The notes: generated by a model from the sequence alone, not told the origin. Counted from the stretch's first letter, positions 8,311 through 17,122 are shown. The stretch: 64,000 bases of DNA from Minisyncoccota bacterium (GCA_041659205.1 JBAZYS010000002.1:87806-151805), one strand, 5' to 3'. Translations and numbers: made by a program.

Positions 8311-10860
8311 TTATTGTTGATTTATTGTAAAGTTTGTTTTTGTTTCACCTCGGTTAAAAACTGTGTCATAAGAAATTATTTTTAATTCATTAATGTTTTG
8401 TAAATTTTCTATTTCTCTTCCCGTGAAAGAGAAATTAAAAGGTGCTTCTTTTGTTTCTAAATATATATCATTTATAAATATGTCTATTTTTTGTAAAGGA
8501 TAAATTCCAGAATTAGAAATTTTTAAATTTATTTTCTGATCAAGGAAATAATTTGTTGTACTATTTGGTTCAATAATTGTGACCTTTGGTTGATTCGCAC
8601 TAGTATGAACATCATCCATTAAAACAGGCTTTTCGCTCCAGGTTGTTACTGGGTATTTTCCTTTGTTCTGTGCCCACCAATTTTGGACAGGTATTTCCCA
8701 GTGGTTAAATTGAGAATCATTTTCTGGATTAGTTGGTGTAGGTCCTGAAATATCATTTTTATTTACCCAATATAATATTGAGTGGACATTTGTTATTATT
8801 TTTTCTTGCAAGGTTTCTCTAGGAGTAAATTCTGTTGCTAGTTTCCCCGATATTTTATCTATGAAAAAATTTTCACTTCCCAACCACTGTCCGCGAAGGG
8901 ATGGTTTTATTTTTGTTATATCAGTTTCAGTGTCAGGCTTTTCAAAACTTTCATTTGGTAGAGTATTTAGTGCCTCACTAATAAATTTATTCCAAATTGG
9001 ACCTGCAACAGCAGCACCACCTTTCTTCATTGGAGTATTTTCATTATTTCCTGCCCAAACACCGACAACAATAGAAGGTGTGTACCCAATAGTCCAAGCA
9101 TCCTTACTGTTGTTTGTCGTTCCTGTTTTTACTGCAACATTTCTTCCAGCTATATGAAGAACTGAGTTTGCTCCGAAGGTAGGGATTCGCGCACTATTGT
9201 CTGACAAAATATCTGAAATAGTTAGGGCAGAATTTTTTGGCAAAACTTCTTCAGTCCTTGGTTGAAATTCTTCTAAAACTTTTCCGCTTAAATCTTCAAT
9301 TTTTAAAATTCCAGTATATGGATTTCTCGCACCACTATTTGCAAAGACCCCATAAGCGGAAGTCATATCCAAGAGAGATACTTCTCCACCTCCAATAACA
9401 AGAGTCAAACCATATTGCCCGATATTTTTTAAGGTGGTTATTCCCATATCTTCTGCTGTTTTTAAAGAAGCAGGAAGGCCAGCTAAATAGAAAAGTTTTA
9501 CAGCTGGAATATTTATTGATTGAGCGAGTGCATCCCTTAGATTCATTGGACCACGAAACTTTCCATCAAAGTTGTCAGGCATGTAGCAGTCCTTTTGATT
9601 GTGTCCAGGATATGCCTTACCATAAGCGTCGCAGGTGCTCTGAAATTCAGTCGGTAGGTCAAAGAGTACAGTCTCAGGAGTAAACCCCTTATTGAAGGCC
9701 GTAGCGTAAATAAAAGGCTTAAAAGAGGAGCCTGGTTGTCTTGCGGCAGTGGTTATATTGAAATTACCATCAATTGTTTTATCAAAATAATCTCTTGATC
9801 CAACCATTGTTAATATTTGCCCAGTTTTAGGGTCTATTGCAATCAATCCTGCATTTTTTCCATTCCAATCTTTTTCGTTTTTCAGTGCTCCTTCTTTTAC
9901 AATCTGTTCTCCTTTTGCCTGTAAATCTGCATCGATAGTTGTGATAACCTTAAGTCCACCATTGTCCACCATTCCTGTACCATATTTTTGTTCCAAATAA
10001 TCTTTTATAAAAAAAACAAAGTGTGCAGCTTTTATTCCCATCGTTGCTTGGGGAGTGAAAATGACTATTTCCTTTTTTGCTTTGTCGTGTTCTTCTTGGG
10101 TGATGAACTTAAGTTCCAACATTCTTGAAAGGACTAAATTTTTTCTGTTTTCTAGTTTATCTTTATTTTTTCCATACGGAGAAAGCATTGTAGGGGACTG
10201 GGGGATGGCCGCTAAATAGGCTGACTCTGCTAAACTTAGGTCCAGTGCATCTTTGTTAAAGTAAGTTTTACTAGCTGCTTCTATTCCATAAACGTTTCCC
10301 CCATAAGGAACTTCATTTAAATAAGCTTCTAAAATTTTTTCCTTTGACATTGCTCTGTCAATTTTTATTGCAAGAACCCATTCTTTTATTTTTCTGATAT
10401 ATTTAGCCAAACCACTGCTTTGAGTTAAAAGCGTATTTTTTACTAATTGTTGAGTAATTGTTGATCCCCCACCACCAATTCCAAAACCAAATATATTTGA
10501 AAGGAGGGCGCGGACAATAGAAGTTATTCTTATTCCACCATGAGTATAAAATTCAGAATCTTCAATTGCGACAGTGGCGTTTTTTATATTAAAACTCATT
10601 TGTTCAAAAGTAACGTCCGTTCTTTTTGTGTCTTGGTGTATATCATAAAGTAGAATTTTTCCCGTGCGGTCATAAATTTGGGTAGAGTTCACAACTTTTC
10701 TGTCTCCAAAAGAGTGAAAGTCAGGAATTTTTAAAGAAAATAAAAGAACTATAGTAATTCCAAGTGCAAAAATAAAAATACCACTACTTAGTAGTAGTAT
10801 GTTTTTCATCATTTTCTTATTTTTTGAAATATGTTTTAGTTTTTTAAAGGTGTTTCTCAT
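8311..10860 (-). CDS. class A penicillin-binding protein 1A (glycosyltransferase + transpeptidase)
   Basis: N-terminal TM helix. GT51 motifs (EDxxFYxHxG-like, GGSTITQQL). Transpeptidase SSFKPF (SxxK) and KTGTT motifs. Confidence 0.9.
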   Translation of the reverse strand: MRNTFKKLKHISKNKKMMKNILLLSSGIFIFALGITIVLLFSLKIPDFHSFGDRKVVNSTQIYDRTGKILLYDIHQDTKRTDVTFEQMSFNIKNATVAIEDSEFYTHGGIRITSIVRALLSNIFGFGIGGGGSTITQQLVKNTLLTQSSGLAKYIRKIKEWVLAIKIDRAMSKEKILEAYLNEVPYGGNVYGIEAASKTYFNKDALDLSLAESAYLAAIPQSPTMLSPYGKNKDKLENRKNLVLSRMLELKFITQEEHDKAKKEIVIFTPQATMGIKAAHFVFFIKDYLEQKYGTGMVDNGGLKVITTIDADLQAKGEQIVKEGALKNEKDWNGKNAGLIAIDPKTGQILTMVGSRDYFDKTIDGNFNITTAARQPGSSFKPFIYATAFNKGFTPETVLFDLPTEFQSTCDAYGKAYPGHNQKDCYMPDNFDGKFRGPMNLRDALAQSINIPAVKLFYLAGLPASLKTAEDMGITTLKNIGQYGLTLVIGGGEVSLLDMTSAYGVFANSGARNPYTGILKIEDLSGKVLEEFQPRTEEVLPKNSALTISDILSDNSARIPTFGANSVLHIAGRNVAVKTGTTNNSKDAWTIGYTPSIVVGVWAGNNENTPMKKGGAAVAGPIWNKFISEALNTLPNESFEKPDTETDITKIKPSLRGQWLGSENFFIDKISGKLATEFTPRETLQEKIITNVHSILYWVNKNDISGPTPTNPENDSQFNHWEIPVQNWWAQNKGKYPVTTWSEKPVLMDDVHTSANQPKVTIIEPNSTTNYFLDQKINLKISNSGIYPLQKIDIFINDIYLETKEAPFNFSFTGREIENLQNINELKIISYDTVFNRGETKTNFTINQQ

Positions 10861-10898
10861 GTCTCGAATTATAACAGAATATGTGTTATTATTCGAGG

Positions 10899-12095
10899 AT
10901 GAAAAAGCAAGTTGTTATGGATAAAAATAAAATTAAAAACTTACTTGAGAGAGGAGTTGAAAATATATTTGTTAAAGAGAGCCTAGAAAAAAAGCTTTTT
11001 TCTGGCAAAAAACTTAAAGTTTATTTAGGCATAGATCCCACTGGTCCAACTTTACACATGGGGCATGCCATTCCTCTTTTAAAATTAAAACAATTTCAAG
11101 AATTAGGGCACGAAGTGATTCTTTTGATGGGAGATTTTACTGCTATGATTGGAGACCCAACAGATAAAATGGCTGCGAGAAAACAACTTACTCGAAAAGA
11201 AGTTTTGGATAATTTAAAAAAATATAAAAGACAAGCCTCAGTTTTTTTGAATTTTACTGGTGTGAATAAAGCACAATTTAAATTTAATTCTAAATGGCTT
11301 TCAAAAATGAGCTTCGGAGAGGTTTTGAATTTAGCTTCAAATGTCACAGTGGATCAAATGCTAAAGCGTGATATGTTTGCTCGTAGAAATATAGAGGGAA
11401 AACCTATTTTTATTCATGAATTTATGTACCCCCTTATGCAGGGTTATGACAGCGTTGCGATGGATGTCGACGTAGAAGTTGGTGGAAACGATCAAACCTT
11501 TAATATGTTAATGGGAAGAGATTTAGTTTCTCAAATTTTAAAGAAAGATAAGTCTGTTTTAGCAATGAAACTGCTTGAGGACAATACAGGAAAAAAAATG
11601 GGTAAAACAGAAGGTAATATGGTTTCTTTTGAAGATAAACCAGACGAGATGTTCGGGAAAGTAATGAGCTGGGCAGACCCTTTAATATTTAAAGGCTTTG
11701 AGCTTTGTACCTATATAGAGCTTAGCGAAATAAAAGATTTTGAAAAACAAATACAAAATGGGGCTAATCCTAAAGACATAAAAATGAAACTTGCTTTTGA
11801 AATTGTAAAAATTTACCACGGAGAGAAAAAAGCGAAAGAAGCACAAGAAAATTTTGTGAATACTTTTCAAAAAAAAGAAATCCCAGAAGTGGTGGAAGAA
11901 ATAAAAGGGGAAGGGCTACTTACCACAATCCTTTTGGATGTTAAACTTTTTGAGTCAAAGGGAGAAGTACGTCGTTTGTTTGAAGCTGGGGCAATTAAAG
12001 ACATGACAGGTAATAAAAAAATATCAGGAACAGATGTGGTTATTAAAGGGCACGTTTATAAAATTGGAAAACATAAATTCATAAAAATAAAATAA
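10899..12095 (+). CDS. tyrS: tyrosyl-tRNA synthetase
   Basis: Class I HIGH motif (HMGH) and KMGKT (KMSKS) motif. C-terminal S4-like domain. Start set to the internal Met (MKKQVV); the ORF-track start 10881 is also possible. Confidence 0.9.
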   Translation: MKKQVVMDKNKIKNLLERGVENIFVKESLEKKLFSGKKLKVYLGIDPTGPTLHMGHAIPLLKLKQFQELGHEVILLMGDFTAMIGDPTDKMAARKQLTRKEVLDNLKKYKRQASVFLNFTGVNKAQFKFNSKWLSKMSFGEVLNLASNVTVDQMLKRDMFARRNIEGKPIFIHEFMYPLMQGYDSVAMDVDVEVGGNDQTFNMLMGRDLVSQILKKDKSVLAMKLLEDNTGKKMGKTEGNMVSFEDKPDEMFGKVMSWADPLIFKGFELCTYIELSEIKDFEKQIQNGANPKDIKMKLAFEIVKIYHGEKKAKEAQENFVNTFQKKEIPEVVEEIKGEGLLTTILLDVKLFESKGEVRRLFEAGAIKDMTGNKKISGTDVVIKGHVYKIGKHKFIKIK

Positions 12096-12104
12096 ATAAA
12101 AAAA

Positions 12105-12128
12105 CCCACCGATATGGTGGGTTTTTTT
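12105..12128 (+). terminator. rho-independent terminator after tyrS (CCCACC-GATAT-GGTGGG + T7)
   Basis: Perfect 6-bp GC stem, 5-nt loop, run of 7 T. Confidence 0.8.
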
Positions 12129-12129
12129 A

Positions 12130-12258
12130 TTAGCTGTCTTTGTCTGGATCTTCTTCATCGAGACCAAAATCAGTGATTCCTTCAGGAGGAAGATCGAGCT
12201 CGTCGTCGAGATCCATCTTAAAACTCCCTTCCTCTATGTCTTCATCCTCGTCGTGCAT
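12130..12258 (-). CDS. possible small acidic protein (42 aa, MHDEDEDIEEGSFKMDLDDELDLPPEGITDFGLDEEDPDKDS)
   Basis: ATG-initiated ORF not in the track, found by manual translation. Extremely acidic. It starts just after a terminator and has no supporting homology. Confidence 0.2.
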   Translation of the reverse strand: MHDEDEDIEEGSFKMDLDDELDLPPEGITDFGLDEEDPDKDS

Positions 12259-12374
12259 ATTTTTTTTAATTTAAATTTTTAATAAGCGACCAAAAACAAA
12301 CGCTATCTAATTTATTCTTTTGTAACAAAATCCAAAAGGATTGGCAATAGCAAATGTGGATAACCTAACTATAG

Positions 12375-12470
12375 AAATATAGTCTTTTAAAAAGCATTGC
12401 GACCAGCTACCGAGCGAGTATAGCAAATTTTCAGCAGAAAATTATGTGCGGTTTTTAAAAGACTATATTT
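12375..12470 (+). repeat. GC-rich miniature repeat family 2, copy 1, enclosed by a 19-bp perfect inverted repeat
   Basis: Core 12394..12451 (GCATTGCGACCAGCTACCGAGCGAGTATAGCAAATTTTCAGCAGAAAATTATGTGCGG) shares AATTTTTCAGCAGAAAAATAT and a GC-rich hairpin with the copies at 54148 and 62386. Flanks AAATATAGTCTTTTAAAAA and TTTTTAAAAGACTATATTT are perfect inverted repeats; the right one overlaps the ruvC stop. Confidence 0.7.
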
Positions 12471-12958
12471 TTATAGTTTTGCCCTTTTAAATGTGCAAAA
12501 GCTGTAATAGCGATGGCAATAGCATCCAATTCATCGTCTGACTTTTTAGAATTATCTATATCCACTAATATTTTTACCATTTTTATTATTTGTTCTTTAT
12601 TTGCTTTTCCATAACCCGTGGTAGCTATTTTTATTTGAGGGGGGGAGGCTTCAAATATTTTTAATCCAGCATTTGTGGCTTCATAAATTACTACCCCGCG
12701 TGCTTCGGCGACGTGCATGACTGTTTTATGATTAGTAGTTAAAAATAAAGTTTCTATCGAAAGAACATCAGGTTTGTATTTTTTTATTATTTTTTTTACT
12801 TCTTCACCGATTAAAAGTAATCGTTCATTAAATTCTAATTTGGCAGAAGTTTTAAAGCATTCTGAAAAAATTACAGCTTCTTTTTTATCACCTTGTTTTT
12901 TCTCTAAGACCGCGACACCGAGGCGTTCATATCCTGGATCTATTCCTAAAATTATCAT
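12455..12958 (-). CDS. ruvC: crossover junction endodeoxyribonuclease RuvC
   Basis: MIILGIDPGYERLGVAVLE with RNase-H-like fold catalytic Asp/Glu. 167 aa. Confidence 0.9.
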   Translation of the reverse strand: MIILGIDPGYERLGVAVLEKKQGDKKEAVIFSECFKTSAKLEFNERLLLIGEEVKKIIKKYKPDVLSIETLFLTTNHKTVMHVAEARGVVIYEATNAGLKIFEASPPQIKIATTGYGKANKEQIIKMVKILVDIDNSKKSDDELDAIAIAITAFAHLKGQNYKNIVF

Positions 12959-13125
12959 AACTAAAGTTTAACATAATATGTGGATATTTTAATTGACTTT
13001 AGAAATATTAGTGATATATTAAACGTAATTTCCTCTCTGGATGTTTTTCTTTGAGAGGGTGTTCCTTTCAAAGATTCTGGAGATCCACCACAACCAGGGC
13101 CTAAAAGCCCTAAGCAGGAGGATTC

Positions 13126-13275
13126 ATGAAGAAATTCACCGCGCTCATCCCGATCAGCTCGTTCCTGACCCCGGTCATGACGCTGACCTTCGAGCTCCAG
13201 CCCAACGCCCACGGCCAAAGCGGCGCCGTCGGCACGATCTCCATCGGCCACCCCGTCACCCGTAACGGCACTTGA
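13126..13275 (+). CDS. small ORF (49 aa) inside a GC-rich mini-island, preceded by a perfect Shine-Dalgarno
   Basis: AGGAGG at 13116..13121, 4 nt before the ATG. Product MKKFTALIPISSFLTPVMTLTFELQPNAHGQSGAVGTISIGHPVTRNGT. It is antisense to the ruvB-yebC-ruvC transcription direction. Confidence 0.3.
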   Translation: MKKFTALIPISSFLTPVMTLTFELQPNAHGQSGAVGTISIGHPVTRNGT

Positions 13276-13440
13276 ATTAGGGAAAGCATCACGTTGGTGC
13301 TTTCCCAAAAACTCAAACGCCTCCGAAGGAACGGGTTGTTGAAGAAAGGGGAGGCCTCTCACGAGGCCTCCCCCGACTATCAAAAGTCATTAAGATTTTT
13401 TATTTTAAAAAAACACTGGTGGCTTTTTTAATTTGTCTTT

Positions 13441-13977
13441 TTATTCAGCATTAGTATAAACATCCTGCACATCATCATTCTCCTCAATGTCTTCTATGAG
13501 TTTATCTAAAAGTTCTAAGTCTTCATCAGAAAGAGGAATGGAACTATTTGGAACCCAAATAAGTCCTTCTGGGCTTTTTTGTTTAGTAAATGCCCAAGAC
13601 GCAGAACCGATAGCTCCTAAAGTAAAACCATTTTTTGTAAGGATATGTTTTATATCTTGAGCTGTTCTGTTTTTACTATCCGTTAGAGTTTCAATAATAA
13701 TTCCTGCTCCACCCGGGCCATGTGCTTCATAAGTAATGGCATCCATATGGGCAGATGGTTCGCTAGCTTTTTTAACAGCTCTTTCTATAACATCCCCAGA
13801 CATATTTACCTTTTTTGCTTTTTCTATTGCAGCACGAAGTCCAGGAGATTCCTTGCCACCCGAGAGTTTCGCTTCGACAGAAATATAGCGTACAAGCTTA
13901 GAAAAGATTTTGCTTTTCTTCGAGTCAGTAATTGCTTTCTTGTGTTTTATTTGTGCCCATTTATTATGTCCTGACAT
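13441..13977 (-). CDS. yebC: YebC/PmpR-family DNA-binding regulator (short form)
   Basis: N-terminus MSGHNKWAQIKHKKA is the family hallmark. Located between ruvB and ruvC as in many bacteria. Confidence 0.85.
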   Translation of the reverse strand: MSGHNKWAQIKHKKAITDSKKSKIFSKLVRYISVEAKLSGGKESPGLRAAIEKAKKVNMSGDVIERAVKKASEPSAHMDAITYEAHGPGGAGIIIETLTDSKNRTAQDIKHILTKNGFTLGAIGSASWAFTKQKSPEGLIWVPNSSIPLSDEDLELLDKLIEDIEENDDVQDVYTNAE

Positions 13978-13982
13978 ATTTT

Positions 13983-15035
13983 TTATATTAATTTATTTTG
14001 CAAATTTTCTGGTAAGTCGAAATCTAGATGTTCATATGCTTTGCTTGTTGCTACTCTTCCACGCGCTGTACGCTCAAGGAGACCAAGCTGTATTAAATAT
14101 GGCTCTATTACTTCTTCTACGGTAGCTTCTTCTTCGGACATTGCAGCACCAATAGTTTTTAGCCCTACGGGGCCACCCTTGAATTTTTCAATTAATATTT
14201 CTAAGAATTTTCTATCGGAAGAGTTTAACCCAATATCATCAATTGCGAGCATATTTAAGGCTTCTTTTACTGTTTTTTTATCTAAATCTTTTTTGTGTAC
14301 TTGGGCAAAGTCTCGACAACGTTTCAAAAAGTAGTTTGCAGTACGTGGAGTGAAGCGACTTCGTTCCGCAATTTCTTTTAATGCTTCTTCTTCCAGTTTT
14401 ATTTTTAAAAGTTTACTGGACCTTTCGATAATTTTTGCAATTTCTTCATTGGAATAAAATTCTAAACGGAAAACTCCTCCCGAAAAACGAGAACGAAGAG
14501 GGGAGGAAACCATCGCGACACGAGTGGTGGCTGCAATTAATGTGAAGGGAGGTAAGTCGAGTTGAATGGTTCGTGCGGATGGGCCCTTGCCGATAATAAT
14601 ATCTAAAACGCCAGACTCCATCGCAGGGTAGAGAATTTCCTCAACCATTTTATTAAGTCGATGAATTTCATCTATAAAAAGAATATCTCCAGCAGCCAAG
14701 TTTGTGAGAATAGAAGCGAGGTCACCAACTTTTTCTATCGCTGGGCCAGAAGTAATTTTCATTTGTCTGCCAGTTTCTTTTGCAATCAAATGCGCGAGAG
14801 TTGTTTTCCCTAATCCTGGTGGTCCATAGAAAAGAATATGTTCCGGGATGTGTCCGCGCTCTTCGGCCGCTCGCAGTAAGACATTTAGGTTATCTTTTAT
14901 GTGTTTTTGACCGATATATTCGTCCCAGTGGGTAGGGCGGAGAGTTTGATCAAGAAAAGAGTCATCAATACCCCCTTTTTGTTCGATGCTTGAATTGACT
15001 ATTTCTTTAGCTTTTTTACTTGACATTGGTTTCAT
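13983..15035 (-). CDS. ruvB: Holliday junction branch migration helicase RuvB
   Basis: AAA+ Walker A GPPGLGKTTLA, sensor motifs and winged-helix C-terminus. Confidence 0.95.
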   Translation of the reverse strand: MKPMSSKKAKEIVNSSIEQKGGIDDSFLDQTLRPTHWDEYIGQKHIKDNLNVLLRAAEERGHIPEHILFYGPPGLGKTTLAHLIAKETGRQMKITSGPAIEKVGDLASILTNLAAGDILFIDEIHRLNKMVEEILYPAMESGVLDIIIGKGPSARTIQLDLPPFTLIAATTRVAMVSSPLRSRFSGGVFRLEFYSNEEIAKIIERSSKLLKIKLEEEALKEIAERSRFTPRTANYFLKRCRDFAQVHKKDLDKKTVKEALNMLAIDDIGLNSSDRKFLEILIEKFKGGPVGLKTIGAAMSEEEATVEEVIEPYLIQLGLLERTARGRVATSKAYEHLDFDLPENLQNKLI

Positions 15036-15064
15036 TATATGCTATATTGTAAAAGTTGTTCACT

Positions 15065-15095
15065 TATCAACAGGGTATCAACATAGCTATCAACA
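15065..15095 (+). promoter_or_regulatory. three direct TATCAACA repeats (DnaA-box-like) at ~11-bp spacing, 30-60 bp upstream of ruvB
   Basis: cTTATCAACAgg / gTATCAACAta / cTATCAACAtt at 15065, 15076 and 15088. The same TTATCAACA variant occurs next to the consensus DnaA box at oriC (5309). Confidence 0.45.
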
Positions 15096-15318
15096 TTATA
15101 GCATTTGTTGTTCGCCTTATATAGTATAATAGTTTTAAGAGATTAAGCAGAAGGCATTAATCTCTAAGCAATCAGCCACAGGTTATACGAATTTGCATAG
15201 GACGTTTTGGTTACTTTTATTAGTTCACTGGAACCATCCTATAATACTTTGTTACTTTTGGGGCCCAGCTCCGAAAGGATTGTTTAGAGATTAATGCTTT
15301 TTTTATTTGTAAAATTAA

Positions 15319-15420
15319 ACCAAGAATAAAGTTTTTGTCGGTACGGATTTTTTGAAGCTTAAAAAATCCTGAAATTCTCAGCTCGTCAGCTTCGAAACCC
15401 CTTAAAAACTTTTTCTTGGT
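15319..15420 (+). repeat. intergenic palindromic repeat family 1, copy B, enclosed by a 17/18-bp inverted repeat
   Basis: Core 15340..15403 (GGTACGGATTTTTTGAAGCTTAAAAAATCCTGAAATTCTCAGCTCGTCAGCTTCGAAACCCCTTAAAAAC). Flanks ACCAAGAATAAAGTTTTT and AAAAACTTTTTCTTGGT. It sits at the 3' end of pilB. ORF-track ORF 15220..15435 is a translation of this element. Confidence 0.8.
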
Positions 15421-15424
15421 TTTT

Positions 15425-17122
15425 TTACTCTTCATTTAAATCAACGACACTTTGTACTTCTTCGAAAGAAGTAATCCCATTTAGCATTTTTACGAGGCCA
15501 TCTTGGCGCATTGAAAGTATGCCTTGAGCACTCGCTACTTTTTTGATTTCTCTTTCGCTTGGATTTTCTGGCATTATTTTTTCTATAGACTCGTCAGTTT
15601 TTATTGCTTCAAAGATACCAATTCTGCCTTTAAAGCCTGTCATGTTACATTTTTCACAACCAACTGCTGAAAAAAGCTTAAAGGGCACATCTGGATTTAT
15701 ATTATAATTTGAAAGACTTTTTCCTTCAGCTTTAATACTAGCTAAAACACCTCTCATGGTTGCTTCTTCTTCTTTACTTGGAATTTTTTCTTTTTTACAA
15801 AATTGGCAAAGCTTACGGACCAAACGTTGAGCAATAGAAAGTGACAATGCGGAGACTAAAATTTTAGGATTTACACCAAGGTCAATCAGGCGGGGAATAA
15901 CTCCGGCTGCATTGTTTGTATGGAGGGTAGAGAAAACTATGTGACCCGTAAGTGCTGATTGCACCGCAATCTCGGCTGTTTCTTTGTCGCGGATTTCTCC
16001 GACCATTACCACATCTGGGTCCTGACGAAGAGCTGAACGCAAGCCCTCGACGAAAGTGTATCCTTTCTTCATGTCAGTTTGGGTTTGAGTGATACCTACT
16101 AAATGATATTCAACAGGGTCCTCAATCGTTATAATTTTTATTTCTGGGGAATATATTTTTTTCAAAAAGGCATAAAGAGTAGTGGTTTTTCCTGATCCAG
16201 TCGGACCAGTGACGAGAATTAATCCATTTGGTTTTGATATTTCTTGTTGGATAACCGAAAAAAGAAAAGGTTCAATTCCTATTTCTTCAAGTGGCACTTG
16301 GATTGATTTTGGGTCCAAGATTCTCATGACGATTGATTCACCATAAGATCCAGGAATAAGTGAACTACGAATACTTATTTCGTCTTTTCCTTCTGTGATA
16401 CTAAAACGTCCATCCTGTGCTATTTTGGATGTTAATTTCATTCCTGAAAGAAGTTTTATTCTTGAATTTAACAAATGATAAACATCTGAACCGAAAAATA
16501 AAACATCAATCAAAATTCCGTCCAAACGAAGTCTGAGCCTGCCTCTATCTTCCTCAGGTTCAATATGAATATCAGAAGCTTTAATAGCGATAGCCCCAGC
16601 AAGAATTATTTCTAACATCTTTGAAATTTTATGAATTTTATTTTCTTTCAAGGCTTCCGTAATCATTATTTCAATGTCTTTCATTTTGTGAATCTTCTGA
16701 GCTGTTTCTCTTAAAACTTCTCCAGAAATATCTAATCCTCCAATGGTTGAACTTTCTGCCATTGAAATTTCTTTATATCTTTCCCAGACCTTGTTTATAC
16801 TAGCGGAAGATGCCATATAAAAAGTTGGTACGAGGCTGAGCCTTTCCATGTCATCTTTTAGTCTTTTTATCAAATCGTCAGAAGGGGAACGCAAGGCAAT
16901 AAAAATATTTTTTCCGAAAAGTTTAAAAGGGGCAGCATTTAATTCTCTGCAGTCCTTTTCTGAAATTGCACGAAGAGCCTCATTGTCTATCCCTAAACGA
17001 TAGAGATCAATATAAGGGAGACCATATTTTGATTCTGCCAGGGTGGCTACCAGCTGCTCCTCTTCTTGTTTATGCAAATCTTCGAGTTGTCTATTTTGTT
17101 TTTCTTCATCAAATAAAGGCAT
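15425..17122 (-). CDS. pilB: type IV pilus assembly / type II secretion ATPase (PilB/GspE family)
   Basis: GspE N-terminal domain, Walker A LVTGPTGSGKTTTLYA, C-terminal tetracysteine CEKC... Confidence 0.85.
   Translation of the reverse strand: MPLFDEEKQNRQLEDLHKQEEEQLVATLAESKYGLPYIDLYRLGIDNEALRAISEKDCRELNAAPFKLFGKNIFIALRSPSDDLIKRLKDDMERLSLVPTFYMASSASINKVWERYKEISMAESSTIGGLDISGEVLRETAQKIHKMKDIEIMITEALKENKIHKISKMLEIILAGAIAIKASDIHIEPEEDRGRLRLRLDGILIDVLFFGSDVYHLLNSRIKLLSGMKLTSKIAQDGRFSITEGKDEISIRSSLIPGSYGESIVMRILDPKSIQVPLEEIGIEPFLFSVIQQEISKPNGLILVTGPTGSGKTTTLYAFLKKIYSPEIKIITIEDPVEYHLVGITQTQTDMKKGYTFVEGLRSALRQDPDVVMVGEIRDKETAEIAVQSALTGHIVFSTLHTNNAAGVIPRLIDLGVNPKILVSALSLSIAQRLVRKLCQFCKKEKIPSKEEEATMRGVLASIKAEGKSLSNYNINPDVPFKLFSAVGCEKCNMTGFKGRIGIFEAIKTDESIEKIMPENPSEREIKKVASAQGILSMRQDGLVKMLNGITSFEEVQSVVDLNEE

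Noticed and set aside
12961-13383. 140-aa minus-strand ORF and 13041..13265 / 13110..13316 ORFs spanning the yebC-ruvC GC-rich spacer
   Set aside because: They cross the AT-rich / GC-rich boundary, lack start context and give low-complexity Gly/Arg-rich products. They are likely artefacts of the GC-rich insert.
15220-15435. 71-aa ORF on the minus strand
   Set aside because: Its sequence (…FLRGFEADELRISGFFKLQKIR…) is merely the family-1 intergenic repeat read in frame. The same element occurs non-coding at four other loci.
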